Origin: Bacillota bacterium
Lineage (GTDB): Bacteria; Bacillota; Clostridia; TANB77; CAG-508
Reading direction: 5' to 3'
DNA length: 64,000 nt
Assembly (NCBI GenBank): GCA_052036095.1
Contig: JBPOHA010000056.1
Location: forward strand, 466-64,465
Shown: positions 39,010-48,807 of the stretch, piece after piece
How positions within the stretch are numbered: the first letter of the stretch is position 1
Layout of the letters: each line of letters opens with the position of its first letter
Notes under the pieces: generated by a model
What the model was told of the DNA's origin: nothing
Databases searched by the model: none
What the model saw: only the letters and a program-made list of their open reading frames with translations
Translations under genes and position numbers: made by a program

Positions 39010-41241
39010 ATGATAGAAAAATATTTAAATAAATTAGAATATAATGTAATAATTGAAAAATTAGCTTCTTTTTGCCATACATACATTGGCAAGGAGATAG
39101 CTTTTAAATTAGAACCATACACAGAAAAAGAAAAGGTACAAAAAGCACTAAATGAAACATCAGATGCCTTAAAATTAACCCACAGTATGGGTAGTTTTCC
39201 AATTGGTGAAATAGATGATATGTCATTGATAATTAAGAGAATAGAAAGCAGTATGTGCTTATCTGCAAAATCTTTATTAGAGGTGGCTACATTATTAAAA
39301 ACATCAAGAGAATTATTAAAATATTATAAAGATTCTGAATTTTTTGAAAGTGAATTATTTAGTTTAAAAGATTATTTTGAGCTATTATATTCTAATGAAG
39401 AAATAGAAAAGAAAATATTTAGATCTATATTATCAGAAGATACAATTGCTGATGAAGCTTCAAGTAAATTAGCTTCAATAAGGAGAAACAAGAAAAGTTT
39501 AGAGTTAGATATACGAAATAAACTTAATTCAATAATTCATTCTAATACATATTCAAAATATATAATGGATTCAGTTGTAACAATTAGAAATGGAAGATTT
39601 GTAGTTCCAGTTAAGGGAGAATATAGAAACAATATAAGCGGATTTGTACATGATACATCAGCTAGTGGTTCAACAGTATATATAGAGCCTATGGCTGTAT
39701 TTGAAGCTAATAATGCAATAGGAAATTTGACAGTTGAAGAAAGCAAAGAAATAGAAAGAATACTAGAAGAATTATCATCTCTTCTTTATCCAGTATATGG
39801 AAATATAAAACAAACTAATAATGTAATTGGAAGATTAGATTTTATACAAGCTAAAGCTAAATTATCAATCGAACAAAATGCAACTTGTCCTAATATAGGC
39901 TCTTTCATTGATTTCAAAGGAGCTAGACATCCAATAATTGATTATAATAAAGTAGTACCAATTGATGTTTACGTAGGAGATAAATTTAAAACATTAGTAA
40001 TTACAGGCCCTAATACAGGTGGAAAAACTGTAACATTAAAAACTGTTGGATTATTATGTGCGATGGCTCAATCTGGAATGCATATACCAGTAAGAGAAGG
40101 AAGCATAATTAAAGTATTTGATAATATTTTTGCTGATATTGGTGACGAGCAAAGCATTGAAGAATCACTAAGTACATTTTCAGCACACATAGTTAATATA
40201 AAACAAATTCTTGATACTTTTACATCAGACAGTTTAATATTAGTTGATGAATTAGGATCTGGTACAGATCCAATAGAAGGTGCCAATCTTGCGATTAGTT
40301 TATTGGAATATTTTCACAAAGAGGGAGCGCTAACAATAGCAACAACACACTATCATGAAATTAAAAATTATTGTATTACAAATGATGGCTTTGAAAATGC
40401 AAGTTGTGAATTTGACTTAAAAACATTGAAGCCAACATATCACATATTGATAGGTATTCCAGGAAAAAGTAATGCTTTTGCTATAAGTAGTAAATTAGGA
40501 ATTCCATCTAATATAATTGATAGAGCATCAGAGTTAGTAAGTGCACCTGATACAGATATCGAAACTTTGATGAAAGAAATGTATGATGATAGAAAAGAAA
40601 TTGAAAAAGAAAAAGATGAAATACAAAAAAATTTAAATCAAATTGAACTATTAAGAAAATCATTAGAAAAAGAAAATTCTGAAAAGATTCAAAAAGAAGA
40701 AGAGAAGATTGAGAAAGCTAAACATGAAGCTAGAGAAATTTTATTAGATGCTAAAGAGGAAGCGGATGAAATAATACGTAACCTTAATAGAATGAATGAA
40801 AAAGTAAAAAGCGATATGAAAGATGAAGATTTAAAAAAAGCCAATGCAATGAGAAATAAATTAAACTCTGAACTAGATAAAGTTGGAGGCGAAAATAAAT
40901 TAGACTTAAGTGTATTGTTAAAATTAAATAATCAATATGATAAGAAAAATAATGATTTGAATTCAACAGTACATTTTACAAATGATAAATCAAAAGATAC
41001 AATGACTGAAATAAATTTGATAGGAGAAAATGTTGCATCAGCAGTAGAAATTTTAGATAAATACTTAGATAATTGCAAAATGGCGCATTTAAATCAAGTA
41101 AGAGTAGTACATGGAAAAGGTACAGGAAAATTGCGACAAGGAATACAACAATATTTGAAAACAAGTAAATATGTAAAATCTTTTAATATAGCAGGATATG
41201 GAGAAGGAGATTACGGAGTAACAATAGTTTATTTAAAATAA
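39010..41241 (+). CDS. mutS2: Endonuclease MutS2 (MutS domains III-V plus a C-terminal Smr domain)
   Basis: P-loop ITGPNTGGKTVTLK, ABC-like DELGSGTD, a long coiled coil and the C-terminal Smr motif (VVHGKGTGKLRQGIQQYLK). Confidence 0.9.
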   Translation: MIEKYLNKLEYNVIIEKLASFCHTYIGKEIAFKLEPYTEKEKVQKALNETSDALKLTHSMGSFPIGEIDDMSLIIKRIESSMCLSAKSLLEVATLLKTSRELLKYYKDSEFFESELFSLKDYFELLYSNEEIEKKIFRSILSEDTIADEASSKLASIRRNKKSLELDIRNKLNSIIHSNTYSKYIMDSVVTIRNGRFVVPVKGEYRNNISGFVHDTSASGSTVYIEPMAVFEANNAIGNLTVEESKEIERILEELSSLLYPVYGNIKQTNNVIGRLDFIQAKAKLSIEQNATCPNIGSFIDFKGARHPIIDYNKVVPIDVYVGDKFKTLVITGPNTGGKTVTLKTVGLLCAMAQSGMHIPVREGSIIKVFDNIFADIGDEQSIEESLSTFSAHIVNIKQILDTFTSDSLILVDELGSGTDPIEGANLAISLLEYFHKEGALTIATTHYHEIKNYCITNDGFENASCEFDLKTLKPTYHILIGIPGKSNAFAISSKLGIPSNIIDRASELVSAPDTDIETLMKEMYDDRKEIEKEKDEIQKNLNQIELLRKSLEKENSEKIQKEEEKIEKAKHEAREILLDAKEEADEIIRNLNRMNEKVKSDMKDEDLKKANAMRNKLNSELDKVGGENKLDLSVLLKLNNQYDKKNNDLNSTVHFTNDKSKDTMTEINLIGENVASAVEILDKYLDNCKMAHLNQVRVVHGKGTGKLRQGIQQYLKTSKYVKSFNIAGYGEGDYGVTIVYLK

Positions 41242-41259
41242 AATATAGTAAAGGAGTAT

Positions 41260-42519
41260 ATGATTACAAAAAGTAATTATAGAAAAGATATGGAGAAACC
41301 AGAATTATTAGCCCCAGCGGGTTCATTTGAAAAAGCAAAAGCAGCATTCTTATATGGAGCAGATGCTGTATACTGTGGCACAGGAAAGCTATCATTAAGA
41401 AGCAGAGCAGAAGTTGACAATGATGATTTAGCAAAAACAATAGAATATGCACATAGTATTGGAAAAAAAGTATATGCAACGATAAACATATATGCACCTG
41501 ATAATATGTATGAGCAAATTGAAGAACAAGTAAAAATGCTCAATAAATTAGCAGTTGATGCAATAATAGCATCAGATGGAGGAGTAATTGAATTAATAAA
41601 AAAAATAGCTCCAGACATTCCAATTCATATAAGTACACAAGCAAATACTTTAAGTGCACATTCTGCAAACTTTTGGTATAAAAATGGAGCAAAAAGAGTA
41701 ATACTTTCAAGAGAAATGAATAAAGAACAAATGAAATATTTGATAGAAAACACTCCTCAAGGATTAGAAACAGAAATATTTATTCATGGAGCAATATGCT
41801 GGGCATATTCAGGAAGATGCTATTTAAGTGATTTCTTAGCATGCAGAAATGCAAACATGGGCGATTGTGCACAAAGTTGCAGATGGGCATACAATATGTA
41901 TCTTGAAGAAAAGAATAATCCGGGAAATATGATGCCAGTCGAAACAGATGAAAATGGCACATACATATTATCATCAAAAGATTTATGCCTAATTAGAAGA
42001 ATACCAGACATAGTAGAAATGGGAATTACCAGTTTGAAAATAGAAGGTAGACTAAAATCGGAATATTATGTTGCTAGTGTTGTTAATGTATATAGAAATG
42101 CAATAGATGATTATATTAAAGATCCTAAAGGATATGATTATACAAAATATTTGAAAGAGCTTGAAAAAACGAAAACTAGAGGACTTACAGAATTTTTCTT
42201 CAATGATAAAAATAATAAAGATTTTCAAGAATATGAAGGAAAACAATATAATCAAGAATATGAATATGGCGGACAAGTAATTGCATACAATGAAGATAAA
42301 AGCATTATAAAAATAGGAAATAAATTACAAGTAGGAGATAAGATGGAAATCTTAATTCCAAATAAAGTTTCAGTTGAAGAATTCACAATAAACAAATTAT
42401 GGGATACTGAAACAAACGAAGAAGTAGACTGCGTAAATCCAGGAAAAGAAGGACAATCTATAAAAATTCATTTACCAATAAAATGCGAAGAAGGTTGGGT
42501 AATTAGAAGAAAAAGATAA
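41260..42519 (+). CDS. Peptidase U32 family protein (PrtC/collagenase-like)
   Basis: N-terminal PELLAPAGSFEKAKAAFLYGADAVY and the conserved Cys cluster region (CWAYSGRCYLSDFLACRNANMGDCAQSC). Confidence 0.8.
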   Translation: MITKSNYRKDMEKPELLAPAGSFEKAKAAFLYGADAVYCGTGKLSLRSRAEVDNDDLAKTIEYAHSIGKKVYATINIYAPDNMYEQIEEQVKMLNKLAVDAIIASDGGVIELIKKIAPDIPIHISTQANTLSAHSANFWYKNGAKRVILSREMNKEQMKYLIENTPQGLETEIFIHGAICWAYSGRCYLSDFLACRNANMGDCAQSCRWAYNMYLEEKNNPGNMMPVETDENGTYILSSKDLCLIRRIPDIVEMGITSLKIEGRLKSEYYVASVVNVYRNAIDDYIKDPKGYDYTKYLKELEKTKTRGLTEFFFNDKNNKDFQEYEGKQYNQEYEYGGQVIAYNEDKSIIKIGNKLQVGDKMEILIPNKVSVEEFTINKLWDTETNEEVDCVNPGKEGQSIKIHLPIKCEEGWVIRRKR

Positions 42520-42573
42520 AATATTAGATATAAAAATAAGCTATATTTATTATAAAAAATTATTTAGAATTAA

Positions 42574-42606
42574 GTTGCGGTTGGCATTTACCACCGCAAT
42601 TTTTTC
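42574..42606 (+). terminator. Intrinsic terminator (TTGCGGTTGG..CCACCGCAA + TTTTTTC)
   Basis: GC-rich stem followed by a T-run after the U32 peptidase gene. Confidence 0.65.
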
Positions 42607-42675
42607 TTAGCCGTACATGCACTTTCAAAGAAAACAAAACATATAATTAGATATATGAAAATATGGGAGGCGCAA

Positions 42676-43374
42676 ATGTTAGGTATTACTTTATCAGGTT
42701 TCTTTACATTTTTAAGTTCAGCAATATATACAGTTGGATATATATCAAATAATAGTTTATTTCCAGAAACATTAAATCAAGAAGATGAGAAAAAATACAT
42801 AGAACTAATGGAAAATGGAGATGAAGAAGCAAAGAACATTTTAATAGAACATAATTTAAGACTAGTTGCACATGTTTGCAAAAAGTATTCAAATACAAAA
42901 GCTGATCAAGATGATTTGATATCAATAGGATCAATAGGATTAATAAAAGGTATTAATAGTTATAATTCAAAAAAATCAATTAAATTATCAACATACATTT
43001 CAAGATGTATAGAAAACGAAGTACTAATGTATTTGCGTTCAACTAAGAGACAAAATACAGAAGTATACCTAGAAGATCCAATAGGAAAAGATAAAGATGA
43101 CAATACAGTAACATTAAAAGAAGTATTAGAAAATGACGATAAACCAATAGATGAAGAAATTGACTTAAAACTAAAAATTAAAAAATTATATGAAAAAATA
43201 AAAGAAATTTTAAAAGGAAGAGAAAGAACTATAATAGAGCTTAGATTTGGATTAAATGGAGAAGAACCAATGACTCAAAATCAAATAGCAAAGGGTATGG
43301 GAATATCACGTAGCTATGTTTCAAGAATTGAAACCAAGGCAATAGGAAAACTCGCAAAAGAATTTAAGGATTAA
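42676..43374 (+). CDS. sigK: Sporulation sigma factor K, pro-protein form, uninterrupted. The ATG at 42676 follows GGGAGG; an alternative ATG lies at 42655.
   Basis: Hydrophobic pro-sequence, then SNNSLFPETLNQEDEKKYIELMENGDEEAKNILIEHNLRLVAHVCKKY, ..DPIGKDKDDN.., and region 4 (GMGISRSYVSRIE) closely matching SigK. Confidence 0.85.
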   Translation: MLGITLSGFFTFLSSAIYTVGYISNNSLFPETLNQEDEKKYIELMENGDEEAKNILIEHNLRLVAHVCKKYSNTKADQDDLISIGSIGLIKGINSYNSKKSIKLSTYISRCIENEVLMYLRSTKRQNTEVYLEDPIGKDKDDNTVTLKEVLENDDKPIDEEIDLKLKIKKLYEKIKEILKGRERTIIELRFGLNGEEPMTQNQIAKGMGISRSYVSRIETKAIGKLAKEFKD

Positions 43375-43404
43375 AAAATGCTACAATAATATTTTATAAT
43401 TTTG

Positions 43405-43552
43405 GGATATTATCGATTTTAATTAAGATATTATTGTTTTTAATTAAGATATTATCGATTTTAAATTAAGATATTATTGTTTTTAATTAAGATATTATTG
43501 TTTTTAATTAAGCTATTGTTTTTAATTAAGATATTATCGATTTTAATTAATA
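43405..43552 (+). repeat. About seven tandem 20-24 bp direct repeats (TTTTAATTAAGATATTATYGWT) just downstream of sigK
   Basis: Direct reading. The units contain the TTAATTAA palindrome. Confidence 0.75.
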
Positions 43553-43734
43553 TATAGAATTTAATTTTTTATAAAATATAGATTATTTAAATTATATATG
43601 ATATACTAAGTTAAAATTTAAAGTATAACAATAGAAAAGTTTATTTTTATAAAAGATTTATGTATAATAAGATTTATAAATAATATATCTAAGAAGATTG
43701 TTAATACACATAAGCAATAGAAAGAGGTAGAAAT

Positions 43735-44196
43735 ATGAAAACAAGAGGATTTGAAGTAGCAAAAGGATTTGAAAATTCAGAGATTAATTTGCCAGTAAGA
43801 AAAACAAAATATTCAGCAGGATATGATTTTGAAGCAGCAGAAGATACAATAGTTCCAGCTTTTAAACCAGGTTGTAATCCAACATTAATAAAAACTGGAA
43901 TTAAAGCATATATGCAAGATGATGAAATGCTATGCTTATATAATAGAAGTTCTAATCCAAAGAAAAAAGGTCTAATATTAGCTAATAGTGTTGGAATAGT
44001 AGACAAAGACTATTATGGAAATGAGGATAACGACGGTGCAATTATGTTTGCATTTTATAATGTAAAAGATGTTGATGTTGAAATCAAAAAGGGTGATTGC
44101 ATTGGGCAAGGAATTTTTGAAAAATATTTAGTAGCAGATGATGATATTGCTGAAGGTGAAAGAAAAGGTGGATTTGGCTCGACAACTAATAAATAA
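43735..44196 (+). CDS. dut: dUTP diphosphatase (dUTPase)
   Basis: AGYDFEAAEDT.., RSS(NPKKKG), GIVDKDYYGNE and a C-terminal GERKGGFGSTT (motif V). Confidence 0.75.
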   Translation: MKTRGFEVAKGFENSEINLPVRKTKYSAGYDFEAAEDTIVPAFKPGCNPTLIKTGIKAYMQDDEMLCLYNRSSNPKKKGLILANSVGIVDKDYYGNEDNDGAIMFAFYNVKDVDVEIKKGDCIGQGIFEKYLVADDDIAEGERKGGFGSTTNK

Positions 44197-44242
44197 GATA
44201 CTAGATTCAAAATAATATAAATAATAAATTAATAAAAAGCTT

Positions 44243-44284
44243 AAGCTATAATCATGTTTTCATAATTATAGCTTAATGAATTTT
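44243..44284 (+). terminator. Hairpin terminator after dut (AAGCTATAAT..ATTATAGCTT)
   Basis: 10-bp perfect stem with a 12-nt loop. It overlaps the first ATG (44276) of the next ORF, arguing for the later start at 44315. Confidence 0.5.
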
Positions 44285-44314
44285 ATCGTAATAATGAGGG
44301 GTTTGACATTAAGA

Positions 44315-44980
44315 ATGAAAAAGGAAAAGATTAAAAGCACAATTAAAGAAAATTGGCTATGGTGTTTGATATTAGTATTTTTTTTAGTATTGTTTTTTAA
44401 AATTGCAGAAGACGTTTTTGAAAAAGAAATATTTAATTTTGACTTTACAATATATAATTTTATACTTGTACATAGAAATAATTTATTTAATAGCTTTTTC
44501 AAGATTTTTACGTATCTAGGAAGTGCTTATGTTATTGTAACTACTGCAATATTAATTGCAATATTTGCAAAAGATAAAAATACAAAAATTATAATCCCTA
44601 TAAATGTAGTAATAGTAGCATTATTGAATGTAATATTAAAAAATATCTTTGCAAGACCTAGACCTAATAATTTGAGATTAATACAAGAAAATGGTTATAG
44701 TTTTCCATCAGGACATGCTATGATAAGCACTGCATTTTATGGATTACTTATATATATTATTTGCACAAAAGTAAAAACGAAGAAAGAAAAAGTAATCTAT
44801 TCAATATTATTATCTTTATTAATTGTTTTAATTGATTTTAGTAGGATTTACTTAGGAGTTCATTACGTCAGTGATGTACTTGCAGGCAGTTGCTTATCAA
44901 TTGCATACGTAATTATTTTTGTAAATACAAATAAATTAATAAAAATGAAAATATCAAAAGGTAAAGAAAAAGTAAAGTAA
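44315..44980 (+). CDS. PAP2-family phosphatase (undecaprenyl-diphosphatase / PgpB-like)
   Basis: Six TM helices. PAP2 motifs KNIFARPRPNN, PSGHA and SRIYLGVHYVSDV. Confidence 0.8.
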   Translation: MKKEKIKSTIKENWLWCLILVFFLVLFFKIAEDVFEKEIFNFDFTIYNFILVHRNNLFNSFFKIFTYLGSAYVIVTTAILIAIFAKDKNTKIIIPINVVIVALLNVILKNIFARPRPNNLRLIQENGYSFPSGHAMISTAFYGLLIYIICTKVKTKKEKVIYSILLSLLIVLIDFSRIYLGVHYVSDVLAGSCLSIAYVIIFVNTNKLIKMKISKGKEKVK

Positions 44981-45071
44981 GAGAAATAAGTATTTTTGTA
45001 CAGAACCAAAATTATTAGAAAAAAGTTTAATAAAGATGGCTCACTTCAAAAATACTTATTTCTTTTTTCTA

Positions 45072-45130
45072 TTGACAATTGAATACACATTCAACTATAA
45101 TAATAAAAATAGTTGAATACATATTCAACT
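45072..45130 (+). promoter_or_regulatory. Sigma-A promoter (TTGACA, 18 nt, TATAAT) overlapped by two TTGAAT-N4-ATTCAA inverted repeats: candidate ArsR/SmtB-type operators
   Basis: TTGACA at 45072-45077 and TATAAT at 45096-45101. Palindromes at 45079-45094 and 45111-45130 (AGTTGAAT-ACAT-ATTCAACT). Confidence 0.5.
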
Positions 45131-45290
45131 GTATACATAATATATAAATAAAAAAATAATTATAGCATCTAGAAAAATGGAAAATATATAGAAAATTTAA
45201 AATAAGAAATTAAATAATAAACAATTTAATGAAAAAATAAGTGATAAAAAGATTTTCATAATAATAAATAAAAAATATTAAAAGGAGGAA

Positions 45291-45302
45291 ATGATTATTT
45301 AA
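45291..45302 (+). other. Start-stop mini-ORF (MII*) 2 nt after AAAGGAGG, 26 nt upstream of the SD-less arsR start
   Basis: Direct reading. Same architecture as upstream of truA. Confidence 0.35.
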
Positions 45303-45328
45303 AAATTAAATATATCATTGAAAATAAT

Positions 45329-45691
45329 ATGGAAAAGAAACTTGATATGTGCGATTGCACAGTAATACATCAGGAGGTAGTAGATACAGTAATTGACCAA
45401 TTACCAAATGACAAAAAAATAGAATCTTTAGCTAATTTTTATAAAATATTTAGTGATAGTACAAAAGTGAAAATCTTATGGGCGCTAGATATTTCAGAAA
45501 TGTGCGTATGTGACTTAGCTTGTATAAATAAACTTACAAAATCTGCAATATCACATCAGCTAAGTTCACTAAAAGAGATGAATCTAGTAAAGTCGAGAAG
45601 AGAAGGAAAGATTGTATACTATTCTCTTTCTGATGAATGTGTAAAAGAAATATTGGAAAAAGGTGTAATCCATACTATGAATAGAAAATAA
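45329..45691 (+). CDS. ArsR/SmtB-family metalloregulatory repressor (CadC-like)
   Basis: N-terminal CDC and alpha-3 CVCDLA metal-ligand cysteines. wHTH LTKSAISHQLSSLKEMNLV. Confidence 0.85.
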   Translation: MEKKLDMCDCTVIHQEVVDTVIDQLPNDKKIESLANFYKIFSDSTKVKILWALDISEMCVCDLACINKLTKSAISHQLSSLKEMNLVKSRREGKIVYYSLSDECVKEILEKGVIHTMNRK

Positions 45692-45929
45692 TAATCTATA
45701 TTAAAAGAAAGAATAAAATTTTAGAATATTACTTAAAATAAAACTATATTATAATTGAATTATATATAGAGAGAGCTAGATAATATTTTTATTAATTATA
45801 GAGAGCTAGATAATATTTTATATTAATTATATTGAACTATGGTATTAAATAATAAAATGAAATTAAAAAAAGGTTTATAGGTAAAGCCTCAAAAAAACTT
45901 AAATATATTACGCAAGGAACAAATTTAAA

Positions 45930-48035
45930 ATGGATAAGAAAAAATTAGCACAAATTATTGCAAGTGGAATATTATTTTTGATTACTATTTGTAGTGGGAT
46001 TCAAAACGAAACTATAAAAATAGTATTATTTGCACTATGCTATATAATAAGTGGATATGATGTAATTATAGAGGCAGTAAAAAATATATTTAAAGGAAGA
46101 CTTTTTGATGAGAGTTTTTTAATGACAATAGCTACAATTGGAGCATTTGCAATAAAGGAATATCCAGAAGCAATAGCTGTAATGCTATTTTATAAAGTTG
46201 GAGAATTATTTGAAGATTATGCAACTGACAAATCTAGAAAGTCAATTACAGATTTAATGGATATTAGGCCAGACTTCGCAAACATACAATCAGAAGATGG
46301 AAATTTAAAAAAAGTTAATCCTAAAGATGTTAAAATAGGAGATATTATAGTTATAAAACCTGGAGAGAAAATACCATTAGATGGTGTTATAATTGAAGGA
46401 AAAACTACACTAGACACATCAGCTTTAACAGGTGAAGCAATGCCAAGAGAAGCTAATATAGGTGAAAAAATTATAAGTGGATGTATTAATTTAACAGGAA
46501 TTATTTCAGTAAAAGTAGAAAAAGAATTTGGAGAGTCTACTGTTAGTAAAATTATTAATTTAGTTCAAAATGCAAGCAATAAAAAAGCTGAAACAGAAAA
46601 CTTTATAACAAAGTTTTCAAAGATTTATACTCCAATAGTTGTTTTATCAGCATTATTAATTGCAATTATACCAGGATTTATATTAAAAATTGGCACATCG
46701 TACGAATGGATTTATAGAGCGTTAACTTTCTTAGTTATATCATGCCCATGTGCATTAGTAATTTCAGTACCACTTAGCTTTTTTGGAGGAATTGGAGGAG
46801 CATCAAAATCAGGTATATTAATAAAGGGCGGAAACTATATTGACACTCTTTCAAAAGTAAGTACAGTGGTTTTTGATAAGACTGGGACATTAACAAAAGG
46901 AAAATTTGAAGTAAAAGAAATAATTCCTTCAAAGTTTTACCTTGAATTACAATCTAATAATTTAGAAAATGATTTTAAATCAAAGAACACTGATGAACAA
47001 GAAAAAACGCAATCACAAAATATTAAGAAAATTGATTATAAAAGCTACAACAGTGATGAAAATGATAATGAATTAAAAAATAAAATTATAGAATATGCAG
47101 TATATGCTGAAAATTATTCTAATCATCCAATCGCAAGTTCTGTAAAAAAAATGTACCGAGATAAGATTGATACTAGTAAGATATCTGATATAAATGAAAT
47201 AGCAGGTAAAGGAATTGAGTGTAAAGTTAGCAAAGAGAAAGTTGTCGTTGGAAATTTAGAATTAATGAAAGAAAAGAAAGTTCAATATTTTGAAAAAGAA
47301 TTAGTGTTTTTTAATAATGAGTGTAACTCCGAAAATCAAAATAATATAAAAGATAAATTTAAAAATAGCATTGTAACTCCAATAGGGAGTTTAAAAGAAA
47401 ATACAATGAATAGTATTAGTGGTACAATTCTATATGTTGCGGTAGATAACAAATATATTGGTAAAATTATAATTGCAGATCAAGAGAAAGAAGATAGTAG
47501 ATATGCAATAAATAATTTAAAGAAACTTGGAATAACGGATATTATTATGCTTACAGGGGACAAAAAACAGATAGCAGAAAAGGTGGCAAAAGATTTAAAA
47601 ATAAACAAAGTATATGCAGAATTATTGCCAACAGAAAAAGTTAAAAAGATAGAAAATTTACTAACAAATAATGTAAAGAATAGATTAGGAAAAGTTGCTT
47701 TTGTTGGAGATGGAATAAATGATGCCCCAGTATTAGCAAGAGCTGATATTGGAATTGCAATGGGAGGGCTTGGCTCAGATGCAGCGATTGAAGCATCTGA
47801 TATAGTTGTAATGACAGACGAACCATCAAAAGTAGCAAAGGCAATAAGAATTGCAAAAAATACAATTAAAATTGCAAAAGAAAATATAACATTTGCAATT
47901 ATGATAAAAATATTAATATTAATTTTGAGTGCATTTGGAATTGCAACAATGTGGGAAGCAGTATTTGCAGATGTTGGAGTTACAATAATTGCAGTATTAA
48001 ATTCTTTTAGGACGATGAATACAAAAAAAATATAA
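45930..48035 (+). CDS. P1B-type heavy-metal translocating ATPase (Cd/Zn/Co-type), lacking an N-terminal HMA domain, with an N/K-rich insert in the nucleotide-binding domain
   Basis: CPC in TM6 (VISCPCALVISVP), DKTGTLT, GDGINDAP, TGD/TGE-region motifs. Confidence 0.9.
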   Translation: MDKKKLAQIIASGILFLITICSGIQNETIKIVLFALCYIISGYDVIIEAVKNIFKGRLFDESFLMTIATIGAFAIKEYPEAIAVMLFYKVGELFEDYATDKSRKSITDLMDIRPDFANIQSEDGNLKKVNPKDVKIGDIIVIKPGEKIPLDGVIIEGKTTLDTSALTGEAMPREANIGEKIISGCINLTGIISVKVEKEFGESTVSKIINLVQNASNKKAETENFITKFSKIYTPIVVLSALLIAIIPGFILKIGTSYEWIYRALTFLVISCPCALVISVPLSFFGGIGGASKSGILIKGGNYIDTLSKVSTVVFDKTGTLTKGKFEVKEIIPSKFYLELQSNNLENDFKSKNTDEQEKTQSQNIKKIDYKSYNSDENDNELKNKIIEYAVYAENYSNHPIASSVKKMYRDKIDTSKISDINEIAGKGIECKVSKEKVVVGNLELMKEKKVQYFEKELVFFNNECNSENQNNIKDKFKNSIVTPIGSLKENTMNSISGTILYVAVDNKYIGKIIIADQEKEDSRYAINNLKKLGITDIIMLTGDKKQIAEKVAKDLKINKVYAELLPTEKVKKIENLLTNNVKNRLGKVAFVGDGINDAPVLARADIGIAMGGLGSDAAIEASDIVVMTDEPSKVAKAIRIAKNTIKIAKENITFAIMIKILILILSAFGIATMWEAVFADVGVTIIAVLNSFRTMNTKKI

Positions 48036-48088
48036 AAACTATTATCAAATCTTCAAGAGGTGAATATAATAAAAGAGATATTCATATT

Positions 48089-48724
48089 TTGGAGGTTTAT
48101 TTGTTTTATATAGAAACTAAAATTTTACAAAAGAAAATGACATATAATGGAGTAGCAATTTTAAAATATAAAATAGAGTTTCCACAAATAAGAGGATATG
48201 ATAAATTTAATTTACTTAATTATACGAGGGCATTAGAACTGCAAAAAAAATGTGAAAGTGAATTATTTGAAGAGTCAAAAAAACTATATAATTATAATAT
48301 TAAAAATAATTATCCAATAATGGTTTATGAGATTATTTCAAATTATTTAGTAACATATAATTATGAAAAAATTATTAGTTTATATACAGATAATTATATA
48401 TATACAGGTGGTGCACATGGTAATACAACGAGAACGTCTCAAACTTGGAATATTGAAAGACAACATATAATAGAATTAAAGGAAATTTTTCCTAAAAATC
48501 CAAATTATGTATCAGAGATACTTACAAAAATTAATAATCAAATTGAAGAAAATATTAAAAAAGGAAATAATTATTATTTTGATAATTATTGTCCCCTTGT
48601 AGTCAATAATTTTAAAGTAGAAAATTTTTATTTGACTAATGGTACAACTGCAGCTGTAATCTTTTATCAACAATATGATATTGCACCATACTCAAGTGGT
48701 ATACTAAATTTCTTTGTACAATAA
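48089..48724 (+). CDS. DUF3298/DUF4163 (RsiV/PdaC-like) domain protein. The start is uncertain: TTG at 48089 or ATG at 48137.
   Basis: The YTGGAHGNTTRT motif is characteristic of DUF3298. Confidence 0.6.
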   Translation: MEVYLFYIETKILQKKMTYNGVAILKYKIEFPQIRGYDKFNLLNYTRALELQKKCESELFEESKKLYNYNIKNNYPIMVYEIISNYLVTYNYEKIISLYTDNYIYTGGAHGNTTRTSQTWNIERQHIIELKEIFPKNPNYVSEILTKINNQIEENIKKGNNYYFDNYCPLVVNNFKVENFYLTNGTTAAVIFYQQYDIAPYSSGILNFFVQ

Positions 48725-48807
48725 AATTTAATTAAAAAATTAAGATTATTAATGCTAAGATATGGAAACACTACATAGGAATAGCAATAAGGAGAATTAA
48801 AAGCATA

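Noticed and set aside
44276-44314. Upstream start (44276) for the PAP2 phosphatase gene
   Set aside because: It lies inside the dut terminator hairpin (44243-44274) with no SD. The ATG at 44315 preferred.
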